DNA of 64,000 nt, taken from the NCBI GenBank assembly GCA_963721805.1, contig CAVRJY010000004.1:288516-352515 (forward strand), in the 5' to 3' direction. The first letter of the stretch is position 1. Each line of letters begins with the position of its first letter. The notes beneath the pieces were generated by a model that was not told the DNA's origin, searched no databases, and worked only from the letters and a program-made list of their open reading frames with translations. Positions 19,562-28,931 of this stretch are shown here, piece by piece. Origin of the DNA: Nitrospirota bacterium. GTDB taxonomy: Bacteria > Nitrospirota > Thermodesulfovibrionia > Thermodesulfovibrionales > JdFR-86. The position numbers and the translations under genes are program-made.

Positions 19562-20446
19562 TTATGCATGGATCTTATTCATTTTGCAACTGAGAATCTC
19601 ACAGAACCTATTGGCATACCCTTCATCATTTGGTGATCCAAGCGCTAACGTCTTAAGCGATTTGGGTACACTATCAAGGAACCCCATGAATCTTTTTTGA
19701 TCTCTTCGCTTTAAAGTCTTAACCATGAGATCATGAACTATTTCAGGGGGAATAGCGCTAAACAATTTTTTGCATTCACTATAAATTTGCGTATTTGGAA
19801 CATTTGGTTCGAAGTCAAAGTATTCTCTAACGATCGAAAGATATTCATTCTTTCTAAGTGAATCAAAAATTACGCTAGGCTTCACTTGCGTCTTCCCTGA
19901 AATGGGGTTCCTTATAGTCTTTAAAGTGTATCTCTCAGTTAGCACTATCAAGCCAATATTCTTTGCTATGACTCTGTCGATCCTCTCAGCTTGCGATTCA
20001 GAAGTTACGACATTTACTAAATCAAAAACACTTGAATACGCAGCGATTTGATTATCCAGCCTATCTAAAGAATCATAATCTGTCTTAATTTCATAAACTG
20101 TTGACGTTCCATTTAAAATAACAACATCTGCCTTGCAGTTGGCTGCTCTAAATTCAGTAAGCATGTATGATGTATTCAAGGAATGCCTGCCAAGCAATAT
20201 TTTATTAGTGATAGCATTTTTATATACGTATTCATTCCGATAGGACTTAATAAGGTTATCGTGTAACCATTCAAAGAAATGACTAATAGTTTCGCTATAA
20301 ATATTCTTGGATATGTTGCTATTGGCAATTATTTCGGAAAAATATCTTGATTTGCGAGATTCGACTAAATCATTAATCACTACCGGTGAAAAAAGGGATG
20401 CAAGCGCTGGAAGGGCACTTTCTTCAAGAGAATACTCACGCGTCAT
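19562..20446 (-). CDS. Sce7726 family protein (PD-(D/E)XK nuclease-like)
   Basis: RNEYVYKN, EFR...KAD...NG...YEIKT..D.L.RL..Q...Y...F motifs. Confidence 0.85.
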   Translation of the reverse strand: MTREYSLEESALPALASLFSPVVINDLVESRKSRYFSEIIANSNISKNIYSETISHFFEWLHDNLIKSYRNEYVYKNAITNKILLGRHSLNTSYMLTEFRAANCKADVVILNGTSTVYEIKTDYDSLDRLDNQIAAYSSVFDLVNVVTSESQAERIDRVIAKNIGLIVLTERYTLKTIRNPISGKTQVKPSVIFDSLRKNEYLSIVREYFDFEPNVPNTQIYSECKKLFSAIPPEIVHDLMVKTLKRRDQKRFMGFLDSVPKSLKTLALGSPNDEGYANRFCEILSCKMNKIHA

Positions 20447-20559
20447 TCAAAATATTAGTATATAAATACTAATGAAATCAATTAGCGCAAATAAATTATT
20501 GGCAATACCGTGCTTCTGCCATTTGTATGCTTCTTGTGGTTCCCTTTTACACCCCGGTC

Positions 20560-21759
20560 TGTAAAGGTTACGCTCTTACCGGACAGTATCAGGCTGGAAA
20601 AAGCAGGCGGCAGCCAGCCCTTCCATCGGTTAGAATGTTTCACCACAAAACACAGACCGAAGGAGGAAGGGCATGACTGCCAAAGAAAAGATATCACAAG
20701 GGAGGCTTTCAATGCTTCAGCTGGCCGAGAGGCTCAGGAACGTGTCGGAGGCCTGTCGCCGCCGGGGGGTGAGCCGCAGCCAGTTTTACGAGTACAAGCG
20801 GGCGTTTCAGGAGCAGGGGTTTGCGGGGCTCGCGGACCTTCCGCCGATAGCGCGTAGCTGTCCCCACAAGACGCCTGAGGAGGCCCGCAAGCGAGTGATC
20901 GAGATGAGCCTTGCTCACCCCCGGTGGGGGAAGCAGCGCATCTTCGAGCACCTGCTTCTGGAGGGCATATTGGTGCGTCCCTCAACTGTGTATCGCATCC
21001 AGGTTCGCGAGGGGCTGGAGTCGAAGGCCAAGCGCATCCTCCGGCTTGAGCAGGAGGCTAACGGCAAGGAGATCGAGCTAACGGAGGAGCAGGTCAAGCT
21101 CATCGAGCGGGCCAATCCGTGCTTCAGGGAAAGGCATGTGGAGAGCGCATATCCGGGCTATCTGCTCAGCCAGGACACCTTCACGGTGGGCAAGCTCAAG
21201 GGCATCGGGACCGTGTATCTGCAGGCCGTGGTGGACACGTACGGCTCTTATGCCTTCGGCAAGCTGTACACGTCGAAGAGGCCCGAGACGGCGGCCGACG
21301 TGCTCTACGACCGCGTGCTGCCGTTTTACGAGAACCATGGCATCAGGGTCCAGCATGTCCTGACGGACAACGGCTCGGAGTACTGCGGCAAGCTGCTGCG
21401 GCATCCGTACGAGCTGTTTCTGGCGCTTCACGACATCGCGCATCGAAGGACGAAGGTGGCGACACCGAGGACAAACGGATTCGTGGAGCGGTTTAATCGC
21501 ACCATCCTGGACGAGTTCTTCTCGGAGACGTTCAGGTACCGGTTCTACGCATCGCTCGATGAGCTGCAGTATGACCTCGACCGGTGGCTGCACCACTACA
21601 ACAACGAGCGCCCTCACAAGGGCTATCGCAACATGGGCAGACGGCCAATAGAAACTATCGAGCTGGGCAAAAAGCTAAGACAGAAAGCTGAGGAGGAGGC
21701 CGCCTGATCAGTGCGACCGATGAGATGGAAAACTGTCCGGAGAGCACTGGACTTTTACA
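20560..21759 (+). mobile_element. IS481-family insertion sequence (1200 bp)
   Basis: 28-bp imperfect TIRs with TGT...ACA ends: TGTAAAGGTTACGCTCTTACCGGACAGT (20560-20587) and ACTGTCCGGAGAGCACTGGACTTTTACA (21732-21759). No clear target duplication. Confidence 0.9.
20673..21707 (+). CDS. IS481-family transposase
   Basis: N-terminal HTH; DDE core QDT...TDNGSEY...NGFVERFNRT; YNNERPH. Confidence 0.95.
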   Translation: MTAKEKISQGRLSMLQLAERLRNVSEACRRRGVSRSQFYEYKRAFQEQGFAGLADLPPIARSCPHKTPEEARKRVIEMSLAHPRWGKQRIFEHLLLEGILVRPSTVYRIQVREGLESKAKRILRLEQEANGKEIELTEEQVKLIERANPCFRERHVESAYPGYLLSQDTFTVGKLKGIGTVYLQAVVDTYGSYAFGKLYTSKRPETAADVLYDRVLPFYENHGIRVQHVLTDNGSEYCGKLLRHPYELFLALHDIAHRRTKVATPRTNGFVERFNRTILDEFFSETFRYRFYASLDELQYDLDRWLHHYNNERPHKGYRNMGRRPIETIELGKKLRQKAEEEAA

Positions 21760-21762
21760 CTA

Positions 21763-21802
21763 GGAACTGGTTCCTAGGAACTGGTTCCCAGGAACCAGTT
21801 CC
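21763..21802. repeat. Three tandem GGAAC-NN-GTTCC palindromes (14-bp period)
   Basis: GGAACTGGTTCC-TA-GGAACTGGTTCC-CA-GGAACCAGTTCC. Confidence 0.7.
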
Positions 21803-22112
21803 CATGGCGCAGTTCCGACCTGTTGGTTTATCATCGCGCATGATAATGGCAGACTCTAAAAATAGCATCCTGCTGCGAGGGGCTCTGATCGCGGCATCCT
21901 GTGTCATCGGGACGAAAAACGTACTCAACGTAGCGCTGCTACGCCTCCGTTCCTTTTTCGCCCGCTTCCTTGTCTGCCACAATCTCGCTCCCTCTCGCTT
22001 ACGAATACTATTTTCAGAGGCTGCCTGTATACAGACTAATTTAGCGAGGTCGGAGATCGGGAGCGCCAAGCGCTCGATGGCTCGTAGAAATGGTTTGAGT
22101 GCTCGGCTGGCG

Positions 22113-22295
22113 CATCCGAACAAAACCCCAAAAACAGGCCAAAACATCCGAACATCCGAACACGGGCAAAATCAAAAAACTCGGTTTTCCGCTGGGTTAC
22201 GCCCTATTTTGCGCCCAACATCCGAACAAAATCGGCAAAAACGCGCACGCACGCGCGCGGAATGCATATGTATACCTAAGCGCGAGCATCCGAAC
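22113..22295 (+). repeat. Five CATCCGAAC direct repeats (iteron-like)
   Basis: Copies start at 22113, 22145, 22153, 22219 and 22287. Confidence 0.7.
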
Positions 22296-22307
22296 GGGCT
22301 TTTTCAG

Positions 22308-22503
22308 ATCATGCCGTTGACCATTCCAATCATGCCGTTGACCACGAGGCGCGGAGGCAGCGGCTGGGCCGCGTACTTCGCCAAGCGCGAGAAATCGTGT
22401 CAGACTAGGAACGGCGAGGAAAACGTCCGAGGTGTACTGAGACGTACATTGAGGACGGATTTCCGAAGCCGTGACAACGTATCACGCGAGTTTCGCGCGC
22501 TTT
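22308..22503 (+). repeat. Long GTAC-centred hairpin element (family R1), copy A, with duplicated 5' motif
   Basis: ATCATGCCGTTGACCA occurs twice (22308, 22329), then AAGCGCG...GTGTAC-TGAGAC-GTACA...CGCGCTTT. Confidence 0.88.
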
Positions 22504-22553
22504 CCAAAAGGCTCCAATTGCATTCAACGAGTTCCGCCCGATATAATCGCACG

Positions 22554-23282
22554 ATGGCCGATAAACCAGATACCCATACAGAGCGGATCAGCAGAATGTT
22601 CGCCTCTATCGCTGGTAGATACGACTTCCTGAACCGCCTCCTGAGCCTCCGCCGCGACGTGGCATGGCGGCGCGCCTCGGCGCGTGCGCTGAGCTTCGGC
22701 ACTACCAACCGCTTCCTCGATGTCGCGACCGGCACGGCGGACCTCGCGCTGGACGTGCTGCGCAGCCATCCGGGCGTGACCGCGCTCGGGGTGGACCTCG
22801 TGGAGGAACTCATGGAGATAGGCCGCGTAAAGGCCGCCCGCGCGAGGATGGCAGCGCGCATCAGCTTCGTCCGCGGCGACGCGCTTGCGCTGCCTGTCGA
22901 GGACGCCTCGTTTGATGCGGCCGGGATCGCCTTCGGCATCCGCAACATCCCGGATCGCGCCGCAGCGCTCCGCGAGATGAGGCGTGCGGTCGTGCCCGGC
23001 GGGACGGTGCTGGTGCTGGAGCTATCGGCATACGCGGTCGGGCCGTTTCAGGGGATGCACAGGTGGTATCTGAAGGCCGTGCTCCCGCGTCTGGCGCGGC
23101 TGTTCACGCACGACCCGGGCGCATACGAGTACCTGACTCGCTCGATCCTCGGGTTCCCCTCGCCGGAGGGCTTCTCGGCGATCATGCGAGAGGCCGGGCT
23201 CGAGGCGGTGAGCGCCAGGCCGCTTACGCTCGGCGCGGCGTACCTCTATACCGGCAGGAGGCCCGCGCAAAAAACCACTTGA
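22554..23282 (+). CDS. ubiE: Ubiquinone/menaquinone C-methyltransferase UbiE/MenG
   Basis: MFASIAGRYDFLNRLLS, LDVATGTAD, FGIRN and AYEYL motifs; true start is the ATG at 22554. Confidence 0.93.
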   Translation: MADKPDTHTERISRMFASIAGRYDFLNRLLSLRRDVAWRRASARALSFGTTNRFLDVATGTADLALDVLRSHPGVTALGVDLVEELMEIGRVKAARARMAARISFVRGDALALPVEDASFDAAGIAFGIRNIPDRAAALREMRRAVVPGGTVLVLELSAYAVGPFQGMHRWYLKAVLPRLARLFTHDPGAYEYLTRSILGFPSPEGFSAIMREAGLEAVSARPLTLGAAYLYTGRRPAQKTT

Positions 23283-23322
23283 CGTTTCGGGCCGCGAAAG
23301 CAGATAATGGATACCGGTTAAA

Positions 23323-23670
23323 ATGAAGCCAACAAAACCACACGATAAGGCGGTATACGAATTGCAGGCCGAGGTCTGCAAGACGATCGCCAACCCTAAG
23401 CGCATCGAGATCATCCACTCGCTGAAGGCGGGGGAGCGCACGGTCTCGGAGCTCGTCGCGATATTGGGCGTGCCGAAGGCCAACGTCTCGCAGCACCTGG
23501 CGATGATGCGCAGCAAGGGCGTGCTCAAGGCCCGGCGCGAGGGAGTGAACATCTACTACAGCCTCACGAACCCGAAGGTCACGCAGGCCTGCCTGCTCAT
23601 GCGCGAGGTCCTGACGGAGCAGATCAAGGAACGCAAGAAGACCCTCGTCAGAAGAAAGTCCGCGGACTGA
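23323..23670 (+). CDS. ArsR/SmtB family transcriptional regulator
   Basis: KTIANPKRIEII, VSELV, NVSQHL and REG..IYY motifs. Confidence 0.92.
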   Translation: MKPTKPHDKAVYELQAEVCKTIANPKRIEIIHSLKAGERTVSELVAILGVPKANVSQHLAMMRSKGVLKARREGVNIYYSLTNPKVTQACLLMREVLTEQIKERKKTLVRRKSAD

Positions 23671-23722
23671 GAACCCCTCACGCGGCAGCCTCAACCTCCC
23701 CGAGCAAAAAAGTGAATCCCCG

Positions 23723-24004
23723 ATGATAGTAGTGATCGAATCGCCGCCGCAATCCGTGCGCGCACAGGCCGGTGTGAGGGCCGCGGCCGACCTCACGGCG
23801 GACATCGCGCTCGTGGGCGATGCGGTGGGGCTCGCGAGGCGCGGGGCGCTGGAGGGGTTTTGCGGCACGGCGCACGCGCTTGAGGACGACGTGCGCGAGC
23901 GCGGCATACCGGAGGGCGAGCTTGAGCGCGGGGTGCGGCTTATCGACCGGGCGGAGCTTAGGCGCCTGATCGAGGCCGAGGGCCGCGTGGAGGGCGAGTT
24001 CTAG
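23723..24004 (+). CDS. DsrE/DsrH(TusB)-like small protein
   Basis: LVGDAV and ALEDDVRERGI resemble DsrH/TusB; follows the ArsR gene. Confidence 0.6.
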   Translation: MIVVIESPPQSVRAQAGVRAAADLTADIALVGDAVGLARRGALEGFCGTAHALEDDVRERGIPEGELERGVRLIDRAELRRLIEAEGRVEGEF

Positions 24005-24013
24005 CCGGGCGGC

Positions 24014-24187
24014 CTATTTGGGACCCGGGTTGCGCACGCCGCCGACGGGAGCTGCGGATCCCGGCGCGCTATATTCGGGCGCGTCATACCCGGGCCTGAC
24101 CTCGATCGGCTTGGCGCAGCCAGCCACCGACACGATAAGGCCTATCACCGCCACCAGCACGATCAGCCGATTAGTCATTTCCCGCAT
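24014..24187 (-). CDS. Small putative lipoprotein
   Basis: AAGGAG RBS, signal peptide with VAGC lipobox. Confidence 0.55.
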   Translation of the reverse strand: MREMTNRLIVLVAVIGLIVSVAGCAKPIEVRPGYDAPEYSAPGSAAPVGGVRNPGPK

Positions 24188-24237
24188 CTCCTTTGCCACT
24201 CGGTTTCGACTTATCGTACCACGTTGCGGGGCTGCTG

Positions 24238-24606
24238 TCATCCCTTGAGCGCATCGGCTATCGCCTCGCGCACGGCAGGGTGCCGCTCGCTCTGAAGCGC
24301 AGCGCGCAGATGGGCCATCGCAGCATCGCTGCCGATCAGCTCGAGCAGGTACGCGGCGTCGCCCCTGATGGACGGGTTTTCGTGCGAGAGCCCGGCCGAG
24401 GCTATGGCGTCCACCGTGCGCTCGATCTCGTCCCGGAACTCGGGCAGGAGCTCGTCGACGAGCGCAGCCACGCCGATGCGCACGCGGCCGCGTTCGTCCG
24501 TGATGAGGGCGGGCAGGTGCTTGAAGAGAGCGGGATCGGCCCGGAACATATCGACGATGTTCTCAAGGAACCCGCCTTCCATGTAGCTGGATATCATATC
24601 AATCAT
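24238..24606 (-). CDS. HEAT-repeat protein
   Basis: DERGRVRIG, ENPSIRGDAAYLL and VREAIADAL repeats. Confidence 0.75.
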   Translation of the reverse strand: MIDMISSYMEGGFLENIVDMFRADPALFKHLPALITDERGRVRIGVAALVDELLPEFRDEIERTVDAIASAGLSHENPSIRGDAAYLLELIGSDAAMAHLRAALQSERHPAVREAIADALKG

Positions 24607-24703
24607 GGGTTAATGATAAGCTTTTTCCCCGCTCTTAGGAAAGCGAGTGACGCATTAGGAATGCAACCACACCTCGAATAGGGGAGGGGCCAAGTCGGCC
24701 CCC

Positions 24704-26551
24704 CTACATCTCGACGCGCGCGGTGACGCCATGCAGCTTGTCCGGCGGCATGTTATGGAAGTGCACGAACGAGGGCGTGACGCGCTTGATCATCGCGAAC
24801 AAGCCCCAGATCGGGTTCGTGGTCATGATCTCCTCGACGCCGTAAAAGATCGACTGGGTCCTGATCCCGTTTTCCTCAAGCAGGGCCGCGATGTCCGCGA
24901 CCTCCATGTAGCCCATCTGTATCTCGAAGGAACGCAGGCCCTTGGCGAAGTCCTCCTTGAAGAACGCGGCCACGCCGTATGGGTCATCGCGCTTGAGGAT
25001 GTTTACGAGTATGTTGTCGTCGTATATGATCCCGTTGGTGAACATCGTGCGTATTATGTACGGGGGGATGAGCTTCGGGTCGCGGACGAAGAAGAGCGCC
25101 GTCCCCTCGATCCTGCGGCGCACCCAGTACTCGCGCTTGTACGTCAGGAGGAACTGCTCGATCGAGATCGGCTTGATCGCCTCAAACAGCCTCCGCTGGC
25201 CCTTGTGGTATACCGTCACTATCGTAAGCGGCACCGAGGCCAGAAGCAGCGACCAGTAGCCGCCGTACGGGATCTTGTGCATCGAGGAGCCGAGGTAGCA
25301 CAGCCCCACCGCGGTGACGAGCACCGAGACCGCGAACTTCACGCGCGAGCCCTTTAAGTGGAATATCCACGACATGAATATCCCGGTGATGACCATCACG
25401 GCGTTGACCGCCAGGCCGTATGCGGCCGCCAGCCGCGCTGACTCGCCGAAGTATATCATCACAACCACGACAGCCACGAGAAGCAGCCAGTTGACCGAGC
25501 CTATATAGATCTGCGCCCGAAGTTCGGAGGAGGTGTTTTCCACCTTCATCAGCGGCATGATGCCGGTGTTGATCGCCTGGTATACGACCGAGTACATACC
25601 GCTTATCATGGCCTGCGAGGCGATCGTAGTCGCGGCCACGCTCAGGAGCACAAACGGCACGTAGAGCAGCGGGGACTGGTGGCGGAACATCTCGAACATG
25701 ATCGACTTCGTCTCGGGGTGGTCGAGCAGGTATGCGCCCTGGCCCATGTAATTTAGCACCAGCGCCACGACGACGAAGTACCAAGCCGTGACTATCGGCT
25801 TGCGGCCCATGTGGCCCATGTCCGCGTAAAGCGCCTCGCCCCCGGTCGCACACAGCAGGGCCTCGCTCAGCACGATGAACCCGGCGAGACCGTTTTCGGC
25901 GAGGAACCGCAAGGCGTACATCGGGTTTGCGGCCGCAAGCAGCTCCGGCCTGTCCATGAGCGCCCCGATGCCCGAGAACGCTATCACCACGAACCATATG
26001 AGCATGATCGGCCCGAAGACCCCGGCCACGCGCTCTGTCCCCCGGTGCTGAAACACGAAGAGCAGCACCGCTATCACGATCGCGATGAATACGATCGAGG
26101 GGCCTCCGAGGCCCTCCCAGCCGGGTATCAGGGCCGCGCCCTCCACCGCGCTTAAGATCGAGATCGCGGGCGTTATCACGCCGTCGCCGATCAGGAGCGA
26201 TATCGCAAGGTAGCTAAGCGCGGTGACCACACCGGCGGCCTTCCCGGTCTTAAGCAGGCTGTGCAGGATCTCGCTCAGCACGATGCTGCCGCCCTCGCCC
26301 TTCCGGCTCAGGCTCATCGCAAGCCAGGCGTACTGCGTGCTTACCAATATCATGATCGTCCAGAACACGAGCGATACGACGCCCATCACGTTGGCCTGCG
26401 TCGGCGGCAGTATAAGGAATATGACCGTGAGGGTATAGATCGGGCTCGTGCCTATGTCCCCGAACACGAGGCCGAGGGACTTCAAGGTCGCGGAGGCGAG
26501 ATTGGGGCCGGGCTTAATGGCGGGGTCCTCCGCCGGGGCGATTATAAGCAA
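24704..26551 (-). CDS. kup: KUP/HAK/KT potassium uptake protein
   Basis: GLVFGDIGTSPIY, GEGG, GDGVITPAISILSAVEG and TGGEALYADMGH motifs; start codon uncertain. Confidence 0.96.
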   Translation of the reverse strand: MLIIAPAEDPAIKPGPNLASATLKSLGLVFGDIGTSPIYTLTVIFLILPPTQANVMGVVSLVFWTIMILVSTQYAWLAMSLSRKGEGGSIVLSEILHSLLKTGKAAGVVTALSYLAISLLIGDGVITPAISILSAVEGAALIPGWEGLGGPSIVFIAIVIAVLLFVFQHRGTERVAGVFGPIMLIWFVVIAFSGIGALMDRPELLAAANPMYALRFLAENGLAGFIVLSEALLCATGGEALYADMGHMGRKPIVTAWYFVVVALVLNYMGQGAYLLDHPETKSIMFEMFRHQSPLLYVPFVLLSVAATTIASQAMISGMYSVVYQAINTGIMPLMKVENTSSELRAQIYIGSVNWLLLVAVVVVMIYFGESARLAAAYGLAVNAVMVITGIFMSWIFHLKGSRVKFAVSVLVTAVGLCYLGSSMHKIPYGGYWSLLLASVPLTIVTVYHKGQRRLFEAIKPISIEQFLLTYKREYWVRRRIEGTALFFVRDPKLIPPYIIRTMFTNGIIYDDNILVNILKRDDPYGVAAFFKEDFAKGLRSFEIQMGYMEVADIAALLEENGIRTQSIFYGVEEIMTTNPIWGLFAMIKRVTPSFVHFHNMPPDKLHGVTARVEM

Positions 26552-26569
26552 TATGCATGGAGCGTGTCC

Positions 26570-26690
26570 CTTCCCGGGCCTGCGAGGTTAGCTGACGGGC
26601 TCGGGCTGGAAGTGCCCTATCCATTTCCGGAATGCGCCCCATTACTGCTGGTTCCCCCGCCCCACCTCTGCGGTGGGCTCGGCCATCACC
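26570..26690 (-). ncRNA. c-di-AMP (ydaO/yuaA) riboswitch
   Basis: Minus strand reads GGGAACC...TGGGGCGCATTCC...TAGGG...CCCGAGCCCGTCAGCTAACCTCGCAGGC, matching the ydaO core, directly 5' of kup. Confidence 0.88.
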
Positions 26691-26869
26691 CTAAGGCTAA
26701 CGCAAGAGCCGTGTTCATGTCAATATGTTAAAGCGCGCCAAATCGTTTGGGGCCGCGTTTAAGGCCGCGGGCACAGTACTGCTGGCCTTCGCCGTGCTGT
26801 TCGGCATCACCTCCGCGCGTCGCGCATAGCGGCTATTGCTTCTTGTGCCTCATGCGTGCATAATGCCAT

Positions 26870-28792
26870 ATGCCCCGCGAGCACACTGAGCTTAAGAGAC
26901 GCTCCGCAGCCATCACGGCTGTTTTTTCCGTGCTCGTCTTCGCATCCCTGTTCAGGCTCTTTGGCGCGGGGGACCCGCGCGCATGCAGCTGGGTGCTCGA
27001 CGCCTCGTGGCAGGCGGTGTTAGAATTCCAGGCCACGCACGGGCTCAGGTCAGGCACCGGCATAATCTTCACGTCCGGCCCGCTGGGCTATCTTTATACC
27101 GATGTCAGCTTCGGACACCTGATATGGCAGAAAGTGCTGTTTTCGCTGGCGTGGGCCGGGCTTCTGGCATGGGCCGCCTCGTGCGTCTTCAGGCGGCTCC
27201 CGCTGCTCGCCGCATGCCTGTTCGCGGCCTGGTGCCTGGCGCTCCCCTGGCTGAGCGACAGCATGCAGGACGCCTGCACGCTTTTCGTCATGGCATGCGC
27301 ATGCTCGGTACTGGCGGCCGGCCCGCGCAAGCGCCGGTGGGGCGCGCTGGCCTCGGTCGCGGCGCTGGCGGTGTTTTCGCTGATCAAGTTCACTTTTTTC
27401 GTGGCGGCCGCGGCGGGCATCGCGCTGGCGGTCTTCGCAAGGCTCGTGCGCAGGGACGCGGGGGCAGCCGCAGCCATCGCCGCCGGGTATTGTGTGGCGT
27501 TTCTCTCGCTGTGGTTTTTATGCGGACAGGACGCCGGGGGGCTGCTTGCATGGATACGGGGCGGGCTTGAACTCTCGGCCGGGTATTCTGCTATGGCGCA
27601 TGAGCCCAAGGGCGGCGTGCTGGCGCTCTGCCTCGGGGCCGGCGCGGTATTTCTGTATTCGGCCCTGAGGGCGGCATGGCGCGGGGAGGCCGCGTATCCG
27701 CTGATCCTGGCCGCATACGCGTTTTTGTCATGGAAGCATGCCTTCACGCGCGCCGACAGCGCCCATGTCTTTGATTTCATCGTATTCCTGCCGCTTGCCT
27801 CAGGGCTGCTCATGGCCTGGAGACGGCAGGCCGAGCCCGGCCGCACAAATGGCTCAGGAGGCTCAGGCGGCGGCCCGGCCTTTGTGCTGATAGTCGCGCT
27901 ATGCGCCTCGGCCGCGGCGGCCCAGGGCGCCGGATTGGCCAGCCCCTCCGGGATCAAGGGCAACGCGGGGCTCATCGCCTCGCTCCTGAGCGGCCATGCC
28001 GCGGAGCACTTCGACGCCCTCAAGCCCAACGCCGCGCTCGATGCCTCCATGACCCTCCCCCTGGCGCGCTCCCTCATCGGCAACTCCACGGTGGACGTCA
28101 TCAACTACAGGCAGCTCTATGCGCTTGCCGGAGGGTTTAATTACCGCCCCCGCCCGGTGTTTCAGGGGTATACGGCTTATACGAGCTGGCTTCAGCTGCT
28201 GAACCTCAAGTTTTACGAGGGCCCGGACGCGCCCGGCTATATCCTGCTTCGGATCGAGCCGGGGGACCGCCGCTTCGCCACGTTTGACGATGCGGCGCTG
28301 ATGCCCTATGTGTTTCAGAACTACAGGCCGGTGGCCGAGGACCGGGGGTTCCTCGTGATGCGCCGGGCCGGGGGCCGCAGCCCGTACCGTCTGAGCCTCA
28401 TCCGCGAACAGGAGGTCTCGTTCGGCGAGCCGGTCAGCCTCCCGGCCCCTGAGGGCCGCATGCTGATCATGCAGGTCTCGATGCACCCGACCGTCTTGGG
28501 CAGGCTCCTGCGCGCGCTCTACCAGCCCCCCCAGCTCACGATGACCGTGCGCGCGGGCGGGCCGGGCCGCATCTATCGCTTCGTCCCCGAGATGGCCGGG
28601 GCCGGTTTCATCATAAGCCCGCTCATCGAGGGCAACGCCGACGTGATCGGGCTGTATCAGGGCCAGGCAAGGCCTGTCACGGACGTCATATTCAACCGGC
28701 CAGAGGGCGCCGCCCCGCTGACCGGAGACCTGATAGGGGTGCGGCTCTATGAGACCGCGGCGCCCGGGGGCATGCCGGACCCTCATAATTAG
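26870..28792 (+). CDS. Polytopic membrane protein with C-terminal extracytoplasmic domain (possibly GT-C-like)
   Basis: Many TM segments; LDASW, TSGPLGY and RPVFQGY motifs. Confidence 0.7.
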   Translation: MPREHTELKRRSAAITAVFSVLVFASLFRLFGAGDPRACSWVLDASWQAVLEFQATHGLRSGTGIIFTSGPLGYLYTDVSFGHLIWQKVLFSLAWAGLLAWAASCVFRRLPLLAACLFAAWCLALPWLSDSMQDACTLFVMACACSVLAAGPRKRRWGALASVAALAVFSLIKFTFFVAAAAGIALAVFARLVRRDAGAAAAIAAGYCVAFLSLWFLCGQDAGGLLAWIRGGLELSAGYSAMAHEPKGGVLALCLGAGAVFLYSALRAAWRGEAAYPLILAAYAFLSWKHAFTRADSAHVFDFIVFLPLASGLLMAWRRQAEPGRTNGSGGSGGGPAFVLIVALCASAAAAQGAGLASPSGIKGNAGLIASLLSGHAAEHFDALKPNAALDASMTLPLARSLIGNSTVDVINYRQLYALAGGFNYRPRPVFQGYTAYTSWLQLLNLKFYEGPDAPGYILLRIEPGDRRFATFDDAALMPYVFQNYRPVAEDRGFLVMRRAGGRSPYRLSLIREQEVSFGEPVSLPAPEGRMLIMQVSMHPTVLGRLLRALYQPPQLTMTVRAGGPGRIYRFVPEMAGAGFIISPLIEGNADVIGLYQGQARPVTDVIFNRPEGAAPLTGDLIGVRLYETAAPGGMPDPHN

Positions 28793-28931
28793 TATGCCGC
28801 CCGCCACGCCGGGGAAAGGGGCCTGGCCCCCTCATATGTTAAAGTATTAGACGCGCGCGCATCCCGCCGGGCAAAACTCATGCTGAAAATCGACCGGCGA
28901 TGCTCAATTACGCGCCCATGGAGGACCGCAT

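Noticed and set aside
21711..22553. N-terminal extension of the 523-aa ORF containing ubiE
   Set aside because: It reads through non-coding repeats. A TTGCAT-N18-TATAAT promoter directly precedes the ATG at 22554.
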